The notes under the pieces were generated by a model, which saw only the letters and a program-made list of their open reading frames with translations, searched no databases and was not told the origin of the DNA. The position numbers were made by a program, and so were the translations under genes. This document shows, one piece after another, positions 23,418 to 32,512 of a DNA stretch of 64,000 nucleotides (positions are counted from its first letter, which is position 1; every line of letters starts with the position of its first letter). This DNA is from Flavobacteriales bacterium (GTDB taxonomy: Bacteria; Bacteroidota; Bacteroidia; Palsa-965). Location: the NCBI GenBank assembly GCA_040377305.1, contig JBEIPA010000003.1, positions 128,001 through 192,000 of the forward strand, read 5' to 3'.

Positions 23418-26117
23418 ATGCGATTTATACAACGAATTCTCTTTTTAGTTTTACTTGCCTCTGTTGCAACTCCCCTCGCAGCGCAGATCAAACGTGGCGA
23501 CCGACACTTCTATGCCGGCGATTACGCACGATGCATTCCAGCATACGAGCGCGGACTTCGGAACAAGAACGATGCGAAGGCGATGGAAAATCTGGCTAAC
23601 GCTTATCGTATCACAAAAAATTATATGAAGGCGGAAGAGTGGTATGGCAAAACAGTTGCTGCGAATCCGAACTGTGGTCCACTCGTGCATTATTATTATG
23701 CGATGACGCTGAAGAACAACGGAAAGATTCCTCAGGCGAAAGAAGAACTGAATAAGTTCATGGGTCAACAACCCGATAGTAAACTGGGTAAGGAACAAGT
23801 CGAGGCGCTTGACAATATTCAGCTCTGGCTCTCACAAACTCCGTTGTACGCTGTGCACAACGTTGGAGGACTGAACTCGGAAGTTTCGGATATGTCACCA
23901 TCTTTTTATGGTAATGGTTTGATGTTCTCTTCTGATCGCGGTGAAACAGATGTGCTCAACGGAGAGAATGCAGGAACAGGTCGCGCATTCTATGCAATTT
24001 ATTACATAGATAAAAAATCAGAGAACGAAGATTCTATTTCATTCGCGAAACCAAAGAAGTTGTCGCGCGAAATCAATAAAGATTTCCACAACGGACCGGT
24101 AAGTGTGACTTCCGATGGAAATAAAATGGCGTTTAACCGTGTTGCCAACAAAGTGAAAATGATGTCGGCAGGTTATGTAAATCGTCCGCAAATTTTCTTC
24201 GCCGAGAAAAAGGGCAAGTCGTGGGGCAATGTGAAGCCTTTTCAATACAACAATGAAAAGTATTCGTTCGCACATCCTTCATTGTCTGCAGACGGAACAA
24301 TTTTGTATTTCTCTTCCGACATGGAAGGAACGCTCGGTGGAAACGATATTTGGATGTCCAAGAAAGAAGGAGACAACTGGTCGCAGCCTGTTAATCTTGG
24401 CGCGATGGTAAATACACCGGGTAACGAAGTTTTTCCTTACGTGCGTCAGGATGGAATCCTGTTTTTCAGTTCCGATGGACATGGTGGAATCGGCGGACTC
24501 GATATTTTCTCATCTGCAAACGAAAACGGCGCATGGACAGAAGCTGTTAATCAGGGTGTGCCGTTGAATAGTGCAACTGATGACTTCGGAATTATTTTCA
24601 ACTCGGAAGGAACGCGCGGTTATTTCACATCAGATCGTACGGGTGGAAAAGGATCGGATGACGTTTATTCGTTCAAGGTAACCGCGAAGTTTGTGAACAT
24701 CCGCGGTACGCTGTTGTCGAGCAAGAATCAGAATGAGATACTCCCGAATACAGAAATTCAGTTGCTGACTGCAGACGGAAAGGTGGTGAAGACAACTACT
24801 TCCGATGCTAACGGCAATTTCAAATTCGATAACCTTTCTTCTGATCAGAATTATATTGTTCGTTTGAACGAAGAAGATCCGGGTCTCACGCGCACGAAGT
24901 ATTACATGACAGATGATAAAAGTAATCTCGTTCGTGTGACTGTACTTGATGAAGTAGGAGGGAAGTTTACATTCCAGAATCTTCCGGTTGATCCGAATGC
25001 ACCACCGCAGTTGCTGGCAGACGATGAGTATCTCACGATCGCAGGTAACCTTGTTGCAGATGGAAATCCACCGAGCGCAATTGCGAATACAAAAGTTGAA
25101 CTGAAAGACGATCAGGGAAATATTGTACAAACAACTACGACAAATGATTTCGGCGCATTTGCATTCACACACGTGCCGCCGGACATGACGTACATTGTTT
25201 CCGTAGCAGAAGGATCAGCACCGAAGCTGGCTCCCAATTCAACGGTATCTATTACGAACAAGAGCGGTAAGTCGGTAATGACCACGACGCCGGATGCGAA
25301 TGGAAGATTCCAGTTCCGAATTCTGGCGACAGATAAGAATACCATTTCAGCAATGTCCGTTACGGAACCTGAGTTGAGAATGGACATTCACGGTACGCTT
25401 ACCGGTGCAGATACCAATCGCACTGCTATTGCGAACACGAAGCTGAATATGTTCAACGAGAAAGGTGAAATCATTGCCTCTACAACGACCGACGAACGCG
25501 GCTACTTCAACTTCCAGAACATTCCTTCCGATCAGGCTTACATCATGAGTGTTGAAGAAGTGAAGGACCCGAGTCTTGCGTCACTTGGAAAACTCTACGT
25601 GCGCGACGACAACGGAAAAGTCGTGAAGACACTCAAGATGAACCGCAATGGTAAGTATGAGTTCCGCATTCTTCCGATGGACAAATCAACGATTGCTTAC
25701 GTGTATGTAGAAGATCCCTGGTTACAGGTTCTTCAGATGAAAGCGAAACAGTCGAAGGACAGTCTTACGATCATCGAGAACATTTACTACGACTACGGCT
25801 CTGCAGATATCCTTCCTTCAGCGGAAAACACGTTGCAGAAAGTGGTGAAAGTAATGCAGCTCGATGCTTCAATTACTATCGAGATTAGTTCGCATACCGA
25901 CAGTCGTGCGGCAAACGATTATAACCAGCGTCTTTCGCTTAAACGTGCACAGAACGTTGTGGATTATCTCGTGAAGCGCGGTATCGATAAGAAACGTCTG
26001 AAAGCGGTTGGCTACGGAGAAACGAGGCTGTTGAATGGTTGTAAAGACGGATCGAACTGTACAGAAGAGGAACACGCGAAGAACCGACGCACGGAGTTCA
26101 AGATCAACAAGAAATAA
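23418..26117 (+). CDS. PorE-like OmpA family protein (TPR, PD40 propeller, carboxypeptidase-regulatory-like repeats, OmpA C-terminal domain)
   Basis: LYFSSDM..GGNDIW, NLGAMVNT.GNE.FP, SHTDSR..NQRLSLKRA, GYGE, NRRTEF. Confidence 0.92.
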   Translation: MRFIQRILFLVLLASVATPLAAQIKRGDRHFYAGDYARCIPAYERGLRNKNDAKAMENLANAYRITKNYMKAEEWYGKTVAANPNCGPLVHYYYAMTLKNNGKIPQAKEELNKFMGQQPDSKLGKEQVEALDNIQLWLSQTPLYAVHNVGGLNSEVSDMSPSFYGNGLMFSSDRGETDVLNGENAGTGRAFYAIYYIDKKSENEDSISFAKPKKLSREINKDFHNGPVSVTSDGNKMAFNRVANKVKMMSAGYVNRPQIFFAEKKGKSWGNVKPFQYNNEKYSFAHPSLSADGTILYFSSDMEGTLGGNDIWMSKKEGDNWSQPVNLGAMVNTPGNEVFPYVRQDGILFFSSDGHGGIGGLDIFSSANENGAWTEAVNQGVPLNSATDDFGIIFNSEGTRGYFTSDRTGGKGSDDVYSFKVTAKFVNIRGTLLSSKNQNEILPNTEIQLLTADGKVVKTTTSDANGNFKFDNLSSDQNYIVRLNEEDPGLTRTKYYMTDDKSNLVRVTVLDEVGGKFTFQNLPVDPNAPPQLLADDEYLTIAGNLVADGNPPSAIANTKVELKDDQGNIVQTTTTNDFGAFAFTHVPPDMTYIVSVAEGSAPKLAPNSTVSITNKSGKSVMTTTPDANGRFQFRILATDKNTISAMSVTEPELRMDIHGTLTGADTNRTAIANTKLNMFNEKGEIIASTTTDERGYFNFQNIPSDQAYIMSVEEVKDPSLASLGKLYVRDDNGKVVKTLKMNRNGKYEFRILPMDKSTIAYVYVEDPWLQVLQMKAKQSKDSLTIIENIYYDYGSADILPSAENTLQKVVKVMQLDASITIEISSHTDSRAANDYNQRLSLKRAQNVVDYLVKRGIDKKRLKAVGYGETRLLNGCKDGSNCTEEEHAKNRRTEFKINKK

Positions 26118-26214
26118 TGTGCTAATCGGTTAATATGCTAATGTGCTACACAACGCGCACATTGGGAGATTAACCTTCTTTTAGCACATTAACCCATTAG
26201 CAAATTAGTACATT
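26116..26214. repeat. Micro-unit inverted repeat (8-nt unit AATGTGCT)
   Basis: Left arm aatgtgctaatcggttaatatgctaatgtgcta 26116-26148; right arm ttagcacattaacccattagcaaattagtacatt 26181-26214. Confidence 0.85.
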
Positions 26215-26908
26215 GATAGATCAGTCCAGAATTATTTACGAAGACAACCACCTCATTGCTATAAACAAGCGCTCGGGTGAAATTGTGCAGGCAGACAAAA
26301 CCGGCGATGCGCCCATTGGTCATCACCTGAAAGAATTTCTCAAGGAAAAATACAACAAGCCCGGCGAAGTTTTCGTTGGTGTTGTACATCGTCTTGATCG
26401 TCCGGTGAGCGGAGTTGTATTGTTCGCGAAAACCAGCAAAGGTTTAGAGCGCATGAATCAGTTGTTTCGCGAGCGTGCGACGAAGAAAATCTATTGGGCC
26501 ATCGTTGAGCAGAAGCCGGAGAAGCCAGAGGGCAAGCTCATTCACTGGCTCGCGAAAAACGAGAAACAGAATAAGTCGTACGCTTCCCCAATTGAAAAAG
26601 CGAATCACTTGATTTGCGAGCTCGATTATAAACTGATTGCATCCTCAGATCGTTATCACCTTCTCGAAGTGAATCCGCTCACAGGTCGTCATCACCAAAT
26701 TCGCGTGCAACTTTCCACGATGAAGACGATCATCAAAGGCGATTTGAAATACGGTGCGAAACGTTCTAATCCGGACGGCTCCATTTGTCTGCACGCGAGA
26801 CGACTCGAGTTTATGCACCCGGTAAAAAACGAACCGATTTCTATTGAAGCTCCCGTGCCGCAGGATAATTTGTGGAAGGCGATGGAGGGGTTGGTGCCGA
26901 AAATATGA
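26213..26908 (+). CDS. RluA family RNA pseudouridine synthase
   Basis: VHRLDRPVSG, TGRHHQIRVQL, IKGDLKYG, LHA motifs. Confidence 0.95.
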   Translation: MIDQSRIIYEDNHLIAINKRSGEIVQADKTGDAPIGHHLKEFLKEKYNKPGEVFVGVVHRLDRPVSGVVLFAKTSKGLERMNQLFRERATKKIYWAIVEQKPEKPEGKLIHWLAKNEKQNKSYASPIEKANHLICELDYKLIASSDRYHLLEVNPLTGRHHQIRVQLSTMKTIIKGDLKYGAKRSNPDGSICLHARRLEFMHPVKNEPISIEAPVPQDNLWKAMEGLVPKI

Positions 26909-26918
26909 TGTGCAACTT

Positions 26919-27060
26919 TGACAGCCGTGGGCTTTAGCCCGCGGGCTGGCACGAAACAACGAAATCACGGATACGAGTTACGCGGGTTTAAACCCGCGTT
27001 GCTCATGTCGAAAAGGGAACCGTATTCTCGCCATCCGCGGGATGAATCCCGCGGCTGTCA
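26919..27060. repeat. REP/REPIN-like cluster of three GC-rich hairpins
   Basis: tgacagccgtgggctttagcccgcggg (26919-26945), acgcgggtttaaacccgcgt (26980-26999), ccgcgggatgaatcccgcggctgtca (27035-27060); the outer two are inverted relative to each other. Confidence 0.85.
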
Positions 27061-27184
27061 TAAATTTTTTGTGGAACCTTCTCCTCATTTGCATCACTTA
27101 TTCGGAATTGCTAACCGCTTGCATTTTTTAGCATTCCAACAGATACCTTTCTTCGTACATTTAAGTTGAATTCCGGAGTAGCTT

Positions 27185-28552
27185 ATGCTCGCAAAAATCC
27201 GATACTGGTCGGTTTATACGATCTTCCGTTGGCAGTTTATTTTCATTGCACTCTGCATGTGGGCGGTGTACACGTGGCTCGTGCTGAATGTGAAGAATAC
27301 GGGAACAGATGAGTGGATTCGAATTGCGCAGTGGTTACAGGTATTATTTTTATCCACCATCGTTCTGATGGGATTCAGCATTCTCACGCTTCTCATTTCC
27401 TGGTTCGTTTTTCTCCGACAAATGAAGTCGGGAAGAATGAAACTTTCTGTTCAATTGCCAGAAGACAAAACGCATGAAGCAGGTACGGTTCCTATCGAAG
27501 CAAAAATCACGAACATCCTGCGACCAATCCTGGGTACGGTGGAAGTGAGAATTGTCTTCCCGGGAATGCTTGTTTCACAGCGAATTCTACTCGACGAGAA
27601 TAAGAAAACCTGGTTGGCTCCGTATAACACTGTGGCAGGTACTTCAACGCTCGATCTTCATCACCGCGGGCTTCACGACATCGAAGAGATTCAGGTTATT
27701 CTCACCGACATGATGAAGCTCGTGTGCATTCCGATCACGCTTCATTCGCAAAACAGATTGCTCACTATTCCGAAGCAACTGAAAGAACAAACGTTTCCGA
27801 TATTTCCTTCGGCAACGGAAGAGCAGGATGTGCGCATCAACATTCCGAAACGAGTGCAGGGAGAATTTCTCAGCTATAAAGACTTTGAATCGGGTGATGA
27901 CATCCGCCGTATTGTCTGGAAGATCTATGCACGCAGCGGAGAATTGGTTGTTCGCGTTCCGGAAACACGTGATCCGTATGCGTCACACGTTTACATCTGC
28001 ACCGGATTTTACAATACGTTGATTACTGAATTCGATGATCTCGCCGGAAGAGAATTGCTCAACGTGTATAAAGATTCCTTGCGTCAGGTGTACGATGCCG
28101 TGTGTCGCAATCAACACAGTGTCCGTCTCATCAAAGATCAGGAAGAACAGAAAGACGCGCCGAACACGGATGTATCGAAAGACCTTTATTTTCTGAGTAC
28201 AGCACATTGGCAAAGCGATCAGTTGCCTCACGAGAATTTTGTGAATCCGAAAACGGCGGTGATTTGTTTGTCGTCTGCAACGCCCGTGGAAGAAATCGAA
28301 AATCTTTTTGGAAAGCTGGCATTGCATGTGCCGGTGATGGTATTCGGATTGAGTGATGCACTGGGTCCAGCGTTTAAGTTTAAGTTCAGAAACGTTTTCT
28401 TCAAACCGAAAGAACATCCGCTTTCTGAAGTACGTAAGTCGTGGTGGATTTCTCCGTTGAGAAAACGCCTGAAGCTGAATGAAGATCGCATCCGAAAATT
28501 AGTGAATCAACGTGGTAATGCGTGGTTGATGGAGATGAAACCGAATGAGTAG
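27185..28552 (+). CDS. DUF58 domain membrane protein
   Basis: GEFLSYKDFESGDDIRRIVWKIYARSGELVVR DUF58 core; two N-terminal TMs. Confidence 0.88.
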   Translation: MLAKIRYWSVYTIFRWQFIFIALCMWAVYTWLVLNVKNTGTDEWIRIAQWLQVLFLSTIVLMGFSILTLLISWFVFLRQMKSGRMKLSVQLPEDKTHEAGTVPIEAKITNILRPILGTVEVRIVFPGMLVSQRILLDENKKTWLAPYNTVAGTSTLDLHHRGLHDIEEIQVILTDMMKLVCIPITLHSQNRLLTIPKQLKEQTFPIFPSATEEQDVRINIPKRVQGEFLSYKDFESGDDIRRIVWKIYARSGELVVRVPETRDPYASHVYICTGFYNTLITEFDDLAGRELLNVYKDSLRQVYDAVCRNQHSVRLIKDQEEQKDAPNTDVSKDLYFLSTAHWQSDQLPHENFVNPKTAVICLSSATPVEEIENLFGKLALHVPVMVFGLSDALGPAFKFKFRNVFFKPKEHPLSEVRKSWWISPLRKRLKLNEDRIRKLVNQRGNAWLMEMKPNE

Positions 28553-31457
28553 CGAACCTGTCATAAAGAAGTCTTTTTTCGAGCTGATGGTTCGATTGCT
28601 GTTTGTCGTTGTTCCGACAATGGCAGTGAGTGCGTATGTGCTGACCTCAATCAATCTTTCTTACACAGGATTCAACAGCGGAACAACTTCTCAATTTCTT
28701 TGGTTGTCGGCGGGAATCATGGGCGCGTATCTGCTCTCCTGGCTTCGTGGACGATTCTTCGTGCTCTCTGCAATCGTTCTTCTCGGATTGTGGATCGGTA
28801 AATTGATTGTGACAAATCTCTCCGGAGAGTTTGATGTGTTCTACGCACAAGCGAAGTATTGGCTATTCTCCACGTTGTTCACTATCGGTTGGATCGCAGG
28901 ATTTTTAATCAATCGTTCGCGGGTATTCGTAGTGATCTGGTGTAGTTTGCTCACCTTGGTTTACATCGTGTTCCTTTCGCGTGCAGAGAATACGAAGATG
29001 ACAGAGTTCGCCGGTTATCTTCTGCCACTTTTCATGTACACGATTTACATGTTGTATCTCGTTCCGCAGATCTTACAAACCGGAGATTGGAACAAGAAGA
29101 AAGCTACGCGCTGGATTACTACGATTTTCGTTTTGCTCGGACTAGCTTGGGGCGTTTTCGAACTGTTGTCTTGGGAGAGAATGCCGGAGATCGCAGCAAC
29201 GGAACACCAGCTCGACAACAAAGACGACAAGGATGATAAGAATGGCAGAGACGGTGTTGACGGCTACGACCAGAAGCACGGTTTGATGGAAGAAGGCAGT
29301 GATCCGGACGAAGGTAAAGGTGGCAGCAGTGGAGATGATCCCAAGGATGGCAAAGACGGTAAGGATGGAAAAGATCCGAAGGATGGGAAAGACGGAAAGG
29401 ATCCGAAAGATGAAAAGGATGGGAAAGATGGGAAAGACGAGAAGGATGGAAAGGATGAGAAAGATCAGAAGGGCGGAAGTAAAGGCGAAGATGGTGAAGG
29501 TGGATTGAAGATGAAAGATTCCATGTCAATGGGTGAGAAGCAGAGTAAATCTGATATTCTCATGTTTTGTGCGCGACTGGAAAATTATTTTCCGAATGGT
29601 GCACCGCAACCTTTGTATTTCGTGTATCACTATCTCACGAAGTATGATCCAAAGACAGAAACGTTTGTACGTGATCCGTTGATTCCTAGTTCGGATGAAA
29701 TCTCGATTGATCCTTCGAAGGTTGATATGTACCGCACGAAAGTAGATTCGACGGCAATCAAGAATTCATTTGCCACGAAGAAGCGTAAAACGATTGAAGC
29801 CGATGTGTTCATCAGTGCAACCGTATGGAAACATTCTCTGCTTGCGCCTTCCGCTGCATATTCTGTGCAAACAATTCCGGTTGATACGGGATACAAAGAT
29901 TTATTCCGCTCGGGGTATCACGTCAAATCGTATTCGTCTGAGCTGAACAACGCTTACTTCGTTTACAATCCTTCGTCGAATCCCAATATTCTACCATACC
30001 AGCAGGAACGTTACAATGAGCTGAGTTCGGTGAAAGATTACACCGGAGTTGATTCTCTCTACTACGCATATTACACGCAGTTGCCGCAAGGAAGTTTATT
30101 CGACTCCATCCGAAATCTCGCCATACAGATCACCGCTACAGCGCAAACTCCTGTAGAAAAAGTGATAGCTATTCGCGATTACTTCCTCTCGAAGAAACCG
30201 GACGGTTCTCCGTTGTACAAGTACACACTCGATCCTGGTGCACCTGGGGATCCGAATATTCCCACCGGTGGAATGCTTCGTAATTTTCTTTTCTCGAAGC
30301 ACGAAGGTTATTGCACGTATTACGCAGGCGCATCAACACTCATGCTGCAGGCTGTTGGAATTCCCGCACGATTCACAACAGGATTCGCAACCATCGATCG
30401 TAGCGACAAGAACAAAGGTTGGTATTGGTTCTATGCTTCGCAGGCGCACGCATGGACTCAGGTTTATTTTCCGGAGTACGGATGGCTCGACTTCGATATG
30501 ACGATCTCGAGTGAAGAAGAAGGTGGAGTGGGTGAAGCACCGAAACCCGATGGAACTCCTCCTGTTCCTCCTCCGCAACCTTGGTTGATCATTGATGGCG
30601 TTGTTACCGAAGAACCTGTTCCGGGATCAGGTCGTGTGAAAATTAAATTTAAAGATCTCATTTTCTTCAACGACGAATACCATCTCGACGTTGAACGCGA
30701 AGAAGAAGTTGATGCGACACTCTGTCGTTTTGTGTACGCAACCGTTGATACCACATTCGAAGCGATTCACAAAGGCGATTCAATTTTCGTTGTATCCTGG
30801 GATGACATGGCGAAAGATGTGCCTGAACCTGATCCGAACAAATCGATAGAAGAGCAACTGAAAGATTTCACGTGGCCAATGATTGCCGATGAAATTTACA
30901 TTCAGAAGAAATTGCCACCGAAGAAAGAGCAGGAGTCTGAAGAGGAGAAGAAGAAGGATGAAGAAATTCAGACTGACTGGACCATGCTTTGGTATATTCT
31001 GATGGGACTAGGCGGAGCATTGGTACTTGGTGTTATTTTCTTCCCGTTGTTCTTCTTGTTGCGTTTGCGCTTGAAAATATCACAGGCGAAGAATACAGCG
31101 GGCAGAGCAGAAGCAGTTTACCGTTCTGCATTGTACACCTATCACATGAGCGGAGAAGAACTGAAAACGCAAACGGCATTGTCGTATGCGCAAGAACGTG
31201 TTGATCCGAAATACGGAACCTACTTCGCAGAATTTGTAAATGTTTATTTGCGCCTCAAGTATTCCGGATTGCCAGAACGAACAGAGGACAAAACGACCAT
31301 CAATAACTTTAATGCGGTCTTCCGCGGCATGGTTCGCAGCAAGTTGAATGTATTCAAAGCATTTGTGCGCTGGTTCAACCTCATGCGTGCGTTACGTTAC
31401 TTCCGCGCACCGGAATCACTTACCGAACAAGAAAATCAACCTTATGGAAAACCATAA
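28545..31457 (+). CDS. Multi-pass membrane transglutaminase-like (TgpA-like) protein
   Basis: GYCTYYA (catalytic Cys), GIPARFTTGF, AHAWTQVYFPEYGWLDFD; N-terminal TMs and one C-terminal TM. Confidence 0.9.
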   Translation: MSSEPVIKKSFFELMVRLLFVVVPTMAVSAYVLTSINLSYTGFNSGTTSQFLWLSAGIMGAYLLSWLRGRFFVLSAIVLLGLWIGKLIVTNLSGEFDVFYAQAKYWLFSTLFTIGWIAGFLINRSRVFVVIWCSLLTLVYIVFLSRAENTKMTEFAGYLLPLFMYTIYMLYLVPQILQTGDWNKKKATRWITTIFVLLGLAWGVFELLSWERMPEIAATEHQLDNKDDKDDKNGRDGVDGYDQKHGLMEEGSDPDEGKGGSSGDDPKDGKDGKDGKDPKDGKDGKDPKDEKDGKDGKDEKDGKDEKDQKGGSKGEDGEGGLKMKDSMSMGEKQSKSDILMFCARLENYFPNGAPQPLYFVYHYLTKYDPKTETFVRDPLIPSSDEISIDPSKVDMYRTKVDSTAIKNSFATKKRKTIEADVFISATVWKHSLLAPSAAYSVQTIPVDTGYKDLFRSGYHVKSYSSELNNAYFVYNPSSNPNILPYQQERYNELSSVKDYTGVDSLYYAYYTQLPQGSLFDSIRNLAIQITATAQTPVEKVIAIRDYFLSKKPDGSPLYKYTLDPGAPGDPNIPTGGMLRNFLFSKHEGYCTYYAGASTLMLQAVGIPARFTTGFATIDRSDKNKGWYWFYASQAHAWTQVYFPEYGWLDFDMTISSEEEGGVGEAPKPDGTPPVPPPQPWLIIDGVVTEEPVPGSGRVKIKFKDLIFFNDEYHLDVEREEEVDATLCRFVYATVDTTFEAIHKGDSIFVVSWDDMAKDVPEPDPNKSIEEQLKDFTWPMIADEIYIQKKLPPKKEQESEEEKKKDEEIQTDWTMLWYILMGLGGALVLGVIFFPLFFLLRLRLKISQAKNTAGRAEAVYRSALYTYHMSGEELKTQTALSYAQERVDPKYGTYFAEFVNVYLRLKYSGLPERTEDKTTINNFNAVFRGMVRSKLNVFKAFVRWFNLMRALRYFRAPESLTEQENQPYGKP
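29335..29470 (+). repeat. In-frame 9-bp repeat tract encoding (D-G/P/E/Q-K)n
   Basis: DPKDGKDGKDGKDPKDGKDGKDPKDEKDGKDGKDEKDGKDEKDQK in the translation. Confidence 0.85.
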
Positions 31458-32454
31458 CCCAACCGAAGCACCGTTTCATGCGGAGAAGCTCAAACAGCTG
31501 ACCGACAACATCGGTAAAATTATTCGCGGTAAAGACACCGAAGTGAAGTACGTGATTGCGTGCTTGCTTTCACGCGGACACATTTTGCTGGAAGATAATC
31601 CGGGTTCAGGAAAGACAATGTTGGCGAAAACGCTGGCGCAATCCATTTCAGGTGGACTGAACGAAGCTCCGTTGAATCAGGAAGGAACGGTTGCATTTCG
31701 TCGTATCCAGTTTACTCCCGATTTGCTTCCGATGGATCTGATCGGTTCGCACATTTACGACGACGCTAAAAAAGAATTCATCTTTAAGAAAGGTCCGTTG
31801 TTTACGAATGTACTTCTTGCGGATGAAATTAACCGTGCTTCTCCGAAAGTGCAATCCGCATTGCTGGAGTGTATGGCGGAAGGACAGATTTCTGTTGGAG
31901 ATCGCACCTGGCATCTCGATAAATTCTTTTTTGCAATTGCTACGCAAAACCCGATTGAATCGGAAGGAACATATCCACTTCCGGCCGCACAGCTTGATCG
32001 TTTCTTCATGAAGATCAGTTTCGGTTACGTATCATCGGATGTTGAGTATGGAATTTACACCGACTATCTCGCGATCAACGACGTAAGACAAAGTGTGAAG
32101 CAGGTTCTGACATATGGCGACATCATCAAGTTGCAGGAAGAATCTGAACGCGTGTATGTGCATCCGGAAATTATTCGTGCAGTCGTGAACATTACACAGG
32201 CAACACGCAAGAATCCCGATATCTCTGTGGGCTGTTCAACCCGGGGTGGAATTATTTTCATTCGTTGCCTCAAATCATGGGCATTGGTGAATCAGCGCAA
32301 CTATGTGACTGAGGACGATATCAAAATGATTGCGCATGTAGTTTTGCATCACCGCATGATCTTCCGTAACCGTGAAGGCACGGCGAATGCATTGAACAAT
32401 ATCGTGAATCAGGAAATTCAGCGTTTGTCACGAGTTAGTATAACGAATCAATGA
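31444..32454 (+). CDS. MoxR family AAA+ ATPase
   Basis: GHILLED.PGSGKT, RIQFTPDLLP, LADEINRASPKVQSALLECM, ATQNPIE.EGTYPLP.AQLDRF; ATG 31444. Confidence 0.95.
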   Translation: MENHNPTEAPFHAEKLKQLTDNIGKIIRGKDTEVKYVIACLLSRGHILLEDNPGSGKTMLAKTLAQSISGGLNEAPLNQEGTVAFRRIQFTPDLLPMDLIGSHIYDDAKKEFIFKKGPLFTNVLLADEINRASPKVQSALLECMAEGQISVGDRTWHLDKFFFAIATQNPIESEGTYPLPAAQLDRFFMKISFGYVSSDVEYGIYTDYLAINDVRQSVKQVLTYGDIIKLQEESERVYVHPEIIRAVVNITQATRKNPDISVGCSTRGGIIFIRCLKSWALVNQRNYVTEDDIKMIAHVVLHHRMIFRNREGTANALNNIVNQEIQRLSRVSITNQ

Positions 32455-32457
32455 GGA

Positions 32458-32482
32458 AATCCTGACGATTACTGTCAGGATT
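32458..32482. other. Short intergenic hairpin
   Basis: aatcctgac-gattact-gtcaggatt, 9-bp perfect stem, no U-tract. Confidence 0.6.
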
Positions 32483-32512
32483 CACGAATTCAAAATTTGG
32501 AAATATTATAGA

